From positions 62,001 to 126,000 of the forward strand of contig MU053334.1 of the NCBI GenBank assembly GCA_013239625.1: a stretch of 64,000 nucleotides of DNA, written 5' to 3'. Of this stretch, positions 36,318 to 47,660 are shown one piece after another. The notes beneath the pieces are model-generated. The model made no database searches and was not told the DNA's origin. It saw nothing but the letters and a program-made list of their open reading frames with translations. The first letter of the stretch is position 1; each line of letters begins with the position of its first letter. The stretch comes from Lama guanicoe (Eukaryota). Both the position numbers and the translations under genes were made by a program.

Positions 36318-36539
36318 TAACCCACTGGGCCGCAGGGCTGGCAGACGCCCCTCTCCCTTCCCCTCTCGCCCACCCCGCAGGTCCTCAGCGACCGTGACCC
36401 CCGCATCCAGTTCCCCCAATTCTGGATCCGTGCCCCGCCGCCGTCACCCGCGCTGCCTGCCCCCTCCCGGCCACTGCTCCACGGAGCGAACGCGTGGTCC
36501 GACGCGGCCGTCACTGCCCCTCTGCTTCCGCGTGAGTCC

Positions 36540-36860
36540 CGAGTACCTGGCGCAGAAACGGCTGGAGCACGAAACCTCGTCTCTCCGAACACGCCAAAGC
36601 GCGCGCTTTTATGCTGGCGGGGCCGGGGGCGAGGCCGGGCTCCGCGGAGCTCCAGGTGCAGCAGAGGAAGTCACGTGCTCCGGCGGGCGGGGCGGGGGCG
36701 GGGCCGCAGGGGGTCCTGGCGGCCCGCCTGCACAGCCGCTGCCGGGTCCAGCCGATGCTCTCCCTCACCCGGCGCTCTGGGGGACTGGGGCTCCCGCAAC
36801 CGCCGTGGTGGGACAGGCAGTGCGATAAGCTGGGGCTCCAGGAACGAAACCCGCACTTCG
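36540..36860 (-). promoter_or_regulatory. IRF7: IRF7 core promoter and non-coding first exon in a CpG island
   Basis: ATAAAA on - at 36607-36612; ETS plus E-box GAGGAAGTCACGTG at 36664-36677; GC boxes at 36684-36702; GAACGAAAC near 36842; donor CAG|GTACTC near 36546. Confidence 0.6.
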
Positions 36861-37720
36861 CTGAGCAGACAAGTGGGTGATGAGGGTGCGGGGGAGGAGC
36901 GGCAGCTGTGTTCTCTGGATTCTTACCAGTGAGAACTGCTCAGGCGAGGTACTCAAATACGGTCGAGATTAAAATATTTGGAAAGGAATTCGTAATGCCT
37001 TTTCATGAGGAAAAACGCCAGTGACCCTTGGGGGGGGTGGTAGTCGGGGCGGAAGTCCTGCCTGAAGTCCGCTCGTGCGGAAGCCAGCGGAGGGGGCTCT
37101 GTCCCCAGTCCCTGGCCCTGGGTCCCCCCACTGCCTGCCTCGACCCTGTGCACACACCCGCCACCCCTGTGCCCGTGGCCTGAAGGCCACTGTCGCACTG
37201 GGTGGGCCACACCCCCACCCCCAACACCGCGGGTCACAGTCCAGGCACCTGGATTAGTGGGGCGCCACGGGGTGTTTGCGGCCCACACTGTAGCCCACAG
37301 GCGTACGGCTGTGACCCACCGGAAGGTCCCCAGGACCTTGCTCTCCCAGATGAGTGTTCCCGAGCGTGGCCCCTGGCCAGGTGGCTCCTCACCCTCCCCC
37401 ACGGGAAGAATCTCCGTGGTGGGTCTGGAGGTCAAGGTCCCCCCTCCTCGGCGGTGGTTAGACCAAGAGAGGAACTTCCTGGCCACCACCAGCTGCTACC
37501 AAGCCTGGGAAGCCCCGTGGCCCCGCGGGCACAGCAGGTGGTTTACGGGAAACAGCGCCGGGGCGCTCTGGGCCGGACGCGACTCCGCCCCCGCTGCGCA
37601 CCCGGCGTGTTCCCGGAGGACTCGCTGCCCGGCGCTGAGCGAACGGGCCTCGTCGCGACCACCCCCACCGGCAGCCGCTCGGGGAAGGCCCTACACACCG
37701 CGGCAGATCTAAAGTGTCAC

Positions 37721-37726
37721 TTTATT
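37721..37726 (-). terminator. CDHR5 polyadenylation signal AATAAA
   Basis: TTTATT on +, about 70 nt after the CDHR5 stop. Confidence 0.8.
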
Positions 37727-37798
37727 CTGCGCAATGAGAGGGGACGGGGAGAAGGGCCAGGCTGACTCGGGTCCAGAGGGGGAGGCAGGGAAGCCATG

Positions 37799-40700
37799 CT
37801 AGAAGTAGATGGAGCCAGCGCCTGGCGGGTCCTCCGTACCCCTGCCCGGTCCTGCGTCCGAGCCCGCGTCGCCGCTGCCCTCGCTGCCTGAGTCGCCCGC
37901 GCCGTCTGCTTCCGAGGCAGGTTCGTTGAGGACCACCACGTCGGCCTCTGCCCCGATGTCCTCGCCAAACCACACAGCCTTGTAGCCACCTTCAGGGCGC
38001 CGCTCCTTGGTCAGGATGGACCTGACGGCTGCAGGGTCTTCCCCATCCCGGGCCGCTGCTGGGGACTCGGGGACATGATGGAGGGTGGCAGGGCTGGGGG
38101 ACGTGGGCCCCGGGGTCACAGGCTCCGGGGTTGGGGGCCGGCCGGGTCTGGGTGAGGGGCTAGGGGCCGGTGCCCAGTTAGCCTCCTTGCTGAGGAAAGC
38201 CTGGTTGTCAAAGCCTTGGGGCTGGGGCTCCTAGGGCAGAGGAAGCCAGAGGTCAACCAAGCCTGCCCTGGCTTGGCCCACCCCTCCCCTCCCCAGAGAC
38301 AGGATACTAGTCCCTCCCTGTGCTCTGCCTCTCTCTGCCCCCTTCCCATCCTTTGGACTCCACCGCATCACTCCTCTCCTGGACTGACTCCTGGTTTCCA
38401 TCCCGCAGCTTCTCCACTGCCCCCCAATCTGTTGCTCCGTCCTCTTGATGCCTATCTCGTCCTGCCTGCTCACTCTCCTCTGTCTCTCAGTTGGCCCTCT
38501 CCAGTCCTGTTCCCAACCCAGGGCCTCACCAGAGCTTTGCCAGAGCAGCACTTGAGTCGGTGGCCGTAGAGCTTGTGGACCAGGACCATGAGGGCGATCA
38601 GAGCCAGAAGGAGCAGCGCCCCCAGCACCCCACCCAGCGCCGCCATCTCCACTGCTGAGAAGCGCTGGTCCCCACTTGGCTTGTTTGTACTGCTGCCTCC
38701 TCCTGCCCCAGACGTCCCTGCTGACACCACCACTGCCCCTTTACTGCCACACCCCAGGCACGCCCGTGCCAACCTGTGGCAAGCTGGGGACCCCCTGAGA
38801 ACAAGCAGGCCTGGTTCTGCGGAGTGGCACTTTTGACCCCCCCACAAAGGAGCTGTGTGTTCCCCAGGAGCCCGATAGGCCAGGCTGCTGAAGGGGGCGG
38901 GGAGAAGGGGGTCGGAGGCCACCAGTTCCAGGTGGAAGGCAGGGGGTCCAGTATCACAGGAAGGGGGATGAGGGCCATGTGGGGCCACTGGGGTGAACGG
39001 CCCCAGAATTGAGGGGTTCACTGGATCCCAAATCTGGCCTCTGTCCCGCCCTCCACACGCCTTCCCTAGTTCACATCCTGGGCTCCCCCAGGACCTGTCT
39101 GTCCCCTAGACCACAGCAGACCTCTCCTTGAGGTTTCATGATCTGTATGGTCACACCAGGCCGACCTGGGGCGGACCCTGCCCTACACTGGCCACCTAGA
39201 GTCAGGTGGCATAAGGGTGACTCTAGGGCAAATAGAGGTGCTACCTGAGGACCAGGGGGTCCTGCTGGGCCCAGGGGACGTCAGCGGAGAGGTTCCTGGT
39301 TTCGAGGTCTGTGCTGAGCCCCCACTGGGTGAGGCTGGTGTTGGGGAGGGGCTGGTTCCCGCACTGGAGGGCCCCCCAGGCATGGAGGAGGCAGATGGCC
39401 TCAGAGTTGTGCCTGAGGAGGGGTGCGGGCCAGGACCCCCTCCAGAGCTGGTCGTGGAGGGCCCCTGAGAGGGTGCAGGGGGCCCAGGGACTTCCAAAGT
39501 GGTGCTGCTTGAGGGTCTGGTCGTTCCGGCCGTCTCTGGGGATGTGGGGGGGTCGGGGGGGCCTGGAGCCAGGGACAGGGCTCGGGCTTGCCACTGTCCC
39601 CAGCCAGAAGCCCTCCCTGCGCCAACCTGGGACCCCCGGGAGGCCTACCTGTGGGGGTGGGCTCCTGTTCTGAGACTTGAATCTCCACGACTGTAGTCGC
39701 TGTGCCTGAGGTCACCGTGTTCTTGGCCTCAACCTAGGCAGAAGAGGGCTTGTCCCTCTTGGGCCCCACCTTAACCCCCGCCCCTGGAGATACTGCCCAC
39801 CCCTCACCTCTGCATAGAAGACGCCAATGTGCATCAGCAAGGCGTTGGTCAGCACTGTCTCCCCGTCCATTCGGAAGTTGGAGTTGTTGGTGATTTGATA
39901 CGTGATGGCCGAGTTGAGGTCCTGGACACGGCCCCAGTGAGTCCTGGGTCCAAGATGCTTCCCAAACTCCCCGAAGCCACCCCCAGAGGAAGGCCAGGCA
40001 GACCCAGGGACACGGCAGTGCCTACTGGAAACTCAGGGTCCTGGGCCCGGATCCTCAGAGGCTGGGAAGGGGCAGCTGCATCCTTGACGGCCACGCCCAC
40101 CCCAGAACCACGCGCCACGGTGCCGCGGTACAGGCTCTCGGGGAAGCGGGGCAGGCTCCCGTTGGCATCTCGGGCCTCCACCGTGACCTGGGTCACGGAG
40201 TACTGGCCGTGGTCTGCCTGCTCACCCTGGGGGTGGGGGAGGCAGCAGTGACCAGCAGGTCCTTCCAGGGGAGCCCTGCAGCCTGCGGCCCAAGAAGGGC
40301 CCCTGGAGACCTGGCCTTATGCAGGCACTCACCTTGACCACCAGAAGGAAGGTCTTGGGGCTGGGGACGCTCTTGCTCATGGTGAGGTTGCCTGTGCTGG
40401 CATCAATGGAGAATGTGCCGTCCTCGTGTCCTGGGAGGATGGAGAGATGCTTGGGCCCCGGTCCCCTCCGGAGGCCTGAAGTGCCAGGACCCCAGCTGAC
40501 TCTGCCCACGTGGCCAGCCCCCTAGAGGGGAGAGAAGCTGGGGGGCTGGTGCTCACTCACCCTTCATGAAGCTGTAGACAATGGGCTGGCTGATGGCCCA
40601 GTCCCCGTCCACGGCGTAGATGGGCCCGGGCTGCAGGACAAGGGCGCCTGGCTGCGGGAGTGGGGAGGGGAGGGAATGCCGTGGAGCTGGTGCCGTGGCC

Positions 40701-43700
40701 TCGGGCCCCTCCCACACCCCTCCAGGAGGTCTGCCAGGAGGTCCCTGATGGGCAGCCAGGGACACAGTCCAGTTGTCCGGCCCCACTGCCCACCACACCT
40801 TCGGACCAATTGCTAATGAGCCAGTTTGCCCACAGTCATTTGATTGATCTGAATGACGTGTGTTTGTCTTAAGAGGCAGCCATGTGGGATGGAGAAAGCT
40901 CACATAGAGGTCTGGGCCCCTCGCGCAGGGCAGGGGCCCTGGTGGCTGAACCAGACCCCACTCCTCAGGAGCCCCCTGATATCCAGCCCAGCTCCCTACC
41001 CGCTCACGCGGTGTCCAGGGAGCACTGTCTGGCTCTGCCTGAGGACAGCTGGGCCCATTCCCTCACTTGAATTTCAGAGGCTCTGTGCCCTCCTCACCAC
41101 CGTGGGTTTGGGTGAGATTGATTTAGGAAGGAACATTCACGTGTGCTTAAAAATTACAACCAAATCTGGCCCCGTGGCAGCCAGGCCCCACGCCCTGCCT
41201 CTCCCTGTCCCCGGTACCAGTTTGTGGCCTATGGGCACAGTCCCCTGGTACTGGGCTTGGATGCAGACGTAAGCGTCCGAGTAGGTGCAGGGCAGGAACC
41301 AGGGGGGCCGCAGGTCAGCAGGCTGCACTTCCAGGACCAAGGTGGCTGTGGCCGTGTGGCTGGGCTCCACATTCTCCTCCTGTGTGTCCTGCAAACAGCG
41401 CAGCCCTGCGGGTCAGGCCAGGGAGTCCAGGCAGGAGCAGCTTGCATAGGCAGTTGAGCGTCTGGGACTCTGGCGGGAGTGGCCTGCTCACCCGCACCAG
41501 CAGCCGGAAGGTCATGTTCCGACACTTTTCGAAGTCCAGGGGCTGGTCCAGCCGCAGGGCTGGGCGGTTTGTACCCATCAGGGAGAAGAAGTCACTGGCA
41601 CCCTAGGGCGGTGGGGGGACTCAGCCTGGAACCCTGGGAGGATGAGCATAGGCAGGGATGCCCAGAGGGAGGGGCCAGCCAAGGGCAGGGGTGAGGGGCA
41701 CTGACCAGAGTCACTTCCTGGAGGGTGTAGAACAAGATGTCATCTTTGTCAAGGTCCTGGGCCTCCAGTTCTGTCTCAGGGATGATGGTGGTATTCACTT
41801 TAGTGTCCTGGGGGCAGGGAGGTGGGAGATTGGTCTCGTCACGCCCCTGACCCCCATGGACCAACTCCCTCTGACCACCACCCTCTACCCTCTGGCTCCC
41901 ACCCCGGGTTCTGATGCCCCGGTTGGCACCAGCCCCTGTCCATCCCACTCACCTCAGGCACCTTCCAGACCCTGGCCACATACGGGAACTGGGGCGCATT
42001 GTCATTGACATCCAGCACAGACACAAACACCCTCAGCTGGGTCACCTGGAGGAGGGGACAGGGTCCCCGACCCAGCGGGGTGCACTCGTTCTAGGTGAGG
42101 GGTGCCGTTTCCAAGACAGCCCCCTGCCTTGGGGCTCCTGCTTCAGCAGGAATTACAGACTACGAACAAAAAGCCAGTTAGAAAGCACAAAGGAGCGGAT
42201 GCCCTGGGGAGAGTAACGCGGACGCTGGGGATGCAACCAGGGAGCCCCACAGGAGGGAGCAGCAAAGCAATCGAACTTCCTCAAGCGTAAATCTCGCAGA
42301 AAGCCAGGAGACCTATAGATTGAAAGAGACGTGAGAGAACAGTGACATCAGGTGCAGCAGGGGGATCCTGCTTGGATCTTGATTCAAACAGGAAACTGAA
42401 AGACTCCTCCGGGACTGGGAAGCGCAGACAACAGAGGTCGTCGTTCACGCTGCGGAGTCAGTCCCCGCCTTTTTCGGGGCTGACAGCGCTGACCCAGTGA
42501 CAGTTAAGAAGCGTCCTTATCTCTGAGAGTCTCATCCCGAGCTATCTGTGGGTGCTGTGCTGTGATGTCGGGTGGGGCGCCCACGGCGCTCGGAAGGAAC
42601 TGCTGAGCTGGCTGGGGTTTTGGGGAGGTGCTAGAGCTGCAGCAGAACAAGGGGGTGGGCGCCTCTCCCAGGAGGTGGGGGACGGTGAGAGGGAGCGGGC
42701 GGGGGCCAGGGGTCAGTGCCACCCTGCATCTGTCTGAGTTATCTGGGCAGAGACTGGTGCTTGCTTTGCCAGGTAGAGTCATCTCCTGCTGTCTGGGGAG
42801 TGGACTGGGGTAGGCAGGGACAAAAGGGGAGCAAAGAACCAGCTGGAAGGTGCTGGTGGATGAAGCCTGAGGTGGGGAGGTGGGGAGGCAGAGCCAACAG
42901 ATCTGCTGGAGGACGGATGTGGGGAGAGGGAGGGGAGACTGAGCTGGCAGGGCAAGGCGCCTGCGGGGCAGAGGGCCTTGGGTCTCGAGCCGGGGGGTGT
43001 CTGTGGGGAGTGTGATGTCCATCCGGGGCCGAGTTTATGCATCTGCAGCTCAAGGCAGAGTCTGGGCCAGAGGAAGTGTGGGCGTTGCCAGCAAACTGGT
43101 GACACTTAAAAACTGCACTGCTGGATGAGGTCACCAGGGAGTGACCGTGGACCAGGCAGAGCAGAGCACAGAGGTCCCAGCGGGAACACTCTGACATCAC
43201 AGGTGAGGGTGGGGACACGGGGAGATGCCAGGAGGGGGTCTGGGGGTGGGACTCACCGTGGTGTCACCGCTTTTGCATTCCAGTTGTGCCTGCAGCATTG
43301 AGTTCTCCTGTAGGTGCGGGTGGGGGTTGGGAATCACCTGGTCAGCCAGCCCCATTTCACAGGTGAGGAGACTGAGGCCAAGAGCGGCATGTACTTGCCC
43401 TGGGTCCCCATCATCCATGCTGAGTCCAGAGGGCATCTGGCCCGGGGCAGCTTCGTCCCCTGAGGCCCCGCCCTCTTGGGGCCAGCCTTCAGCCTGAGAG
43501 GCCCCCTGGGCAAACTGAGCCCCAAATATCCCCAGAGAGCCCTTCTCCATGGAGGAGTGTCAGCCACCCCTGCTGCCCCCTCCCTGGGCACAACCAACCC
43601 AGGGCCGCTGTCTGCACCTCATAGTCAGGGGTCACGTTGAGAAACAGCTGAGTCCCCTGGATTCGAAATGCGAAGCGAGTGGACGAGGGTCCGAGGGTCA

Positions 43701-43924
43701 CCTGCTGGCCCTCGGGGACGTAGATGTCGAGCAGGGGCTCACTGGAATGCGTGTTCTCCTTCACTTCGAAGACGGTCTTGTCCACCGAGCAGACTGGAAA
43801 TCGGAGAAGAAGGGTCAGGCCTTCAGCCTCCTGCCCACCACCAAGCCCCCCTGCCGCAGCCCCCAGTACCCTGGGCCTGGGCTGTGGCCATGAGCAGCGG
43901 GAGCAGCAGGGCCCAAGTCCGCAT
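37799..43924 (-). CDS. CDHR5: Cadherin-related family member 5 (mu-protocadherin, ~753 aa). Exons: 43924-43870, 43793-43618, 43307-43257, 42045-41953, 41807-41706, 41602-41492, 41388-41218, 40651-40561, 40430-40333, 40226-40026, 39921-39808, 39733-39649, 39535-39245, 38720-38530, 38230-37799
   Basis: Signal peptide MRTWALLLPLLMATAQAQ; cadherin motifs (TPDYE, LDVNDNAPQF, DLDKDD, PLDFE, AVDGD, AQDPEF); S/T/P-rich stalk; TM MAALGGVLGALLLLALIALMVLV; cytoplasmic GFDNQAF and VRSILTKERRPEGGYKAVWFGEDIG. Phases are consistent, total 2262 nt. Confidence 0.94.
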
Positions 43925-44047
43925 CTTGGCAGCGGACGGCCTGAAGGAGGGTCTGAGACTGCCTGGTGTCCAGGACCCTCTGGGCGGCCGTGGCACTGGC
44001 GCAGTCTTTGCCTGGGCGACCTTCGCCCCTGCCAGGCACCGCCCCAC

Positions 44048-44065
44048 TTTATGATCCTTTACGAC
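44048..44065 (-). promoter_or_regulatory. Paired CDX-type sites in the CDHR5 proximal promoter
   Basis: GTCGTAAA (44058-44065) and TCATAAA (44048-44054) on -, about 130 nt upstream of the ATG. CDHR5 is a known intestinal CDX2 target. Confidence 0.55.
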
Positions 44066-45307
44066 CGGAGGACTGGCCTCCACCAAGGGGGATCCCGCTG
44101 GCCGTCCCTGGCCAGACCCAGCCAACAGCCAGGAGGATGGGGCCTGGTGGTTCCCTGGCAGGAGCTGGGCCACATGCAGGGGCTGACAGGGGCTCAACCC
44201 AACGAGCCAAGACACGAGGCACTTTGAGAGCTGCGGGGGCACCGAGGTTCTGGGCGGTATAGGGTGGTGTGGGCTGGGGTGGGGCTGGAGCTGGGGTGGG
44301 CTTCTGTGTTTGCTGTACCTGCTCCCAACCCAGGCTGTCCCTCTGCCGGCTCCTCTGCCAGAATCACAGTGGGCACAGCTCCCAAGGCAGCCAGTGAGGG
44401 TCAGACCAGAAGTGCCCCCTCCAGGCCCACCACCTCTCCCTGAGCCAACCCTCCAGGTCTGGAAGGGAAAAGCCATTTGTGTCCTCAGGACTCCCCTGCC
44501 TGTCCCAGTAACCAGCTGGCCTCAGCCAGGTGGGCCAGGCAGGCAAGGTGATGGAGATGGCAGGGCTTTAGGGGATGGGAGGTCCTGGGGGGCCCTGGGT
44601 CCCAACAGAGAGGGGTCCTGGCAAGGGTCCTTGGCCCAGGCCCCCAGCCACCCTTCCTCCGTCTTTCCTTGGCCCCCAAGTCCGCAGAGGCTGCTAGGCG
44701 GGGTTGGGAGGGAGGGAAGGGGCTGCCGTGATGAGGGGTGGAGTCCTCCGCCTTCCCACCTCCCAGTGCAGCGCAGGGCCTGAAAACACTGCCCCGTCAC
44801 CCCTGGTGTCTGCCGATGACCGCGCAGCCCTGCCTGTGCCAGTGGTCCTGCGAGGGCTCCAGGAGCTCCAGCACCTCTTGGGGCCTCATCCCCGCCCCTG
44901 CTCCACAGACTCCTGGTGGGGGGAGTCAAGCCGCTCTTCCGAGACCACGCGGCCCAGACCTGCAGCCAGGATTCCTGCTCAGGTCCTTTCCCTGGGGGCG
45001 CCTACCTCCCCACATAATGACCACGCGGCCCCGGGACAGCAGCTGGGGACGTCTGAGCCCCCCAGCCCCTGAATGTTTGCTGAGTGGATGACAGGGCGCC
45101 CCGAGGACGCCCAGGGAGTTAAAGAAGCTGGAAGGTGAGACTCCCCACTGGCTTCCCAGGGTTAAAGGGCAGCTGGGTGTGGGCACAGCCCTAGAATCCA
45201 GTGGATGGTCCCTGCTTCCTGCCAACAGCCCTGCCCTGCAGTGGCTTTCTCCATGGCACCCAGATGGCACACAGAGCGGACTTCCAGGCCAGGGTCTGCA
45301 TTCCTCC

Positions 45308-45313
45308 TTTATT
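45308..45313 (-). terminator. SCT polyadenylation signal AATAAA
   Basis: TTTATT on +, about 100 nt after the SCT stop. Confidence 0.8.
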
Positions 45314-45411
45314 GGTGCCACGTGCAGCCCCTCCACCACCTCCTCCCCCGACTCCCTCCCGGTCCAGGCTCCCCTTGTCCATGGAGGGGAGGATCCATCT
45401 TCCTCAGGGCC

Positions 45412-46152
45412 TCATCTAGGTCCCTCAGCAGCAGGGATGGCCGGCTCTGACATCATGACCCCAGCCCTCAGTCCAGGAAGCAGCTGGGGAGACCAGGCCC
45501 GGTCCACTGGGGCCCTCAGGGGCATCCTGCAGAGATAGCAAGGTTAGGTGGGGGCCGAGGGCTTGATGCTGGAGATCGCTGGCCACCTGGTGAAACCAGG
45601 CCTCCTCTGGTCCCCAGCGGAGACGGTTTCACCTTCCCAGGCCCCTGGCCCAGTGCCGCCCAGACCCGGGGTGCCCCAGGGATGGCCTGGGGGTGGAGGT
45701 CTTAACTCGGGGATGGGGACAGTGCTCACCAGGCCTGCAGGGCGGGCCTGTCCACCCACAGCAGGCAGAGGTGGCTCTCAGGGGACTTGGTCCAGGCGGT
45801 GCTGCTCTCTGTGTCCTGCTCGCTGCCCCCCACCCCAGATCAAAATTAGTCCTGGGGCTGGGGAGTGGTCACCGCTAATGCGGGCGCCCCACCACGGGTC
45901 TCCCCGGCCCGCGGGGGGCGCCCAGCCCCTCACCTGCGCTTCCCTACCAGGCCCTGCAGAAGCCGCTGCAGCTGCGCGCTCTCACGCAGGCGGCTGAGCT
46001 CGCTGGTGAACGTCCCGTCCGAGTGTCGCGGGGCCCTGAGGAAGGGACGGGGCCGCGGACGTGTCAGGGCCGGGCCTTGGTGGAGTGGGCCTGGGCACCC
46101 AGGACCGCGGGCTCACCTGGGGGGCGCGGGGCGCGCCGTGCAGCCTCCGAGT

Positions 46153-46185
<33 letters not shown>

Positions 46186-46199
46186 GCCCGCATGGCCAT
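45412..46199 (-). CDS. SCT: Preprosecretin (130 aa). Exons: 46199-46117, 46035-45934, 45822-45730, 45526-45412; mature peptide 46025-45945
   Basis: Signal peptide MAMRA(L)12[11 protein letters not shown], then [33 protein letters not shown] (secretin with amidation and cleavage signal). GT-AG introns in phase, total 393 nt. Not listed as an ORF in the supplied track. Confidence 0.96.
46155..46184 (-). repeat. (CTG)10 coding repeat giving poly-Leu in the SCT signal peptide
   Basis: Ten perfect CAG units on +. Confidence 0.95.
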
Positions 46200-46247
46200 G
46201 GTGGGCGCGCCGAGGCGGGGGCTGAGAGGCGGCCGGGCCGCGGCCCC

Positions 46248-46253
46248 TTTATA
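46248..46253 (-). promoter_or_regulatory. SCT TATA box within a CpG island (~45850-46750)
   Basis: TATAAA on -, about 50 nt upstream of the ATG, with GC boxes further upstream. Confidence 0.8.
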
Positions 46254-46869
46254 GGAGCGCCGGGCCGGGGGCTGGGGGCGAGGGGGTCGGCGCCGTGCCG
46301 GCTCCGCGCCGCCCGAGCCGCGCCCCATCGATCGCGCGGGAAGGTCAGGGCCGCCCCCCCAGCTCCTGCCCCGGCCGGCCGCCCGCCCCCACCGCCGCGG
46401 TGGCGCCCCTCGGGCAGGCCCGCGGGGCGAGGGCGGCGACTGAGACCCGCAGGGGAGCAGCCTGTGCGGAGCCCGGGCCTGGCCGCCCGGGGCCCGGGAG
46501 GGGCAGGCGCGAGGGGCCGGGCCGGGGCGAGGGCCGGGCGACCCGAAGCCGCAGCCGCAGGCCGAGTGACCCTTTCCCCCTGGCCGGGCGTGGGGCGGCG
46601 GGCAGGGGGGCTGGCGGGCCGCAGGGCGCCTGGGCATCTCTTTGCTTTTTTCCAGGCAGGACAGACCTGCGCGCACTTCACGCTGGGGGAGGAGGTGGAC
46701 GGACGTGCAGACGGAGGGGAGAGAAGGGGCGGGCAGCGGGAGTCGCTGGGTTGAGGAGCCTCAGGCCTTTCACACCAGCACCCACTAAGTCCTGAGTCGT
46801 AACTGACAACTCTAGTAAACGGAGCTACAGGCTGGTTGTTCATGGGTCAGACTTCACATGCATTTTAAA

Positions 46870-46945
46870 AATAATTAGTAGACTTTTTTTTTTTTAAGAG
46901 CAGTTTTAGGTTTACAGAAAAATTGAGCTGGAAGTACAGGGTATT

Positions 46946-46983
<38 letters not shown>

Positions 46984-47660
46984 CCCAGCCTCCTCTCCCC
47001 AACACCATGTCTTCGTTTTGGACATTTGTGACAACTGATGAACCAACAGTAATGCATTATTAACTAAACCCAAAATTTACACTAGGGTGCATCCTGGTAT
47101 TGCACAGTCTATGGGTTCTGGCAAATGTACAAGTATCCACATTGCAGACAGGGTCACACAACGTTTCACTGCCCGGAAAACCCCGGGTGTTCCTCCTGCT
47201 CACCCTCCCTCCCCAACCCCTGATCTGTTTACAGTCGCCATAGTGTGCCTTTTGCAGAATGTTGTCCAGCTGGAATCATCGTCTGCATCCTTTTCAGATC
47301 TACTTTTTTCACTTAGTCATGTGCATTTAAGGTTCCTCCATGTCCTTTCATGGCCCGACAGCGCATTTCTTTTTAGCGCTGAATAATACTCCATGGTCTG
47401 AATGTGCCACAGTTTATTCCTCCATTCACCTGCTAAAGGACATCTTGGTTGCTTCCAAGTTTTGACAATTATGAATAAAGCTGCTATAAACATCCACGTG
47501 CAGGTTTTTGTGTGGACATAAATTTTGAACTCCCTTGGGTAAATATCAAGGAGCAAGATTGTTGGGTCGTGTGGTAAGACCATGTTTCACTTTGTAAGAA
47601 ACCGCCAGACTGTCTTCCAAAGTAGCTGCACATTTTGCATCCACACCAGTCCAGGTGCAG
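46870..47660 (-). mobile_element. Old L1 (L1M-type) 3' end containing (CA)15 at 46948-46977
   Basis: 'ttttaagagcagttttaggtttacagaaaaattgagc' tail and an L1-like minus ORF (PHDPTILLLDIYPRE..FIAALFII..WKQPRCP). Confidence 0.85.
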
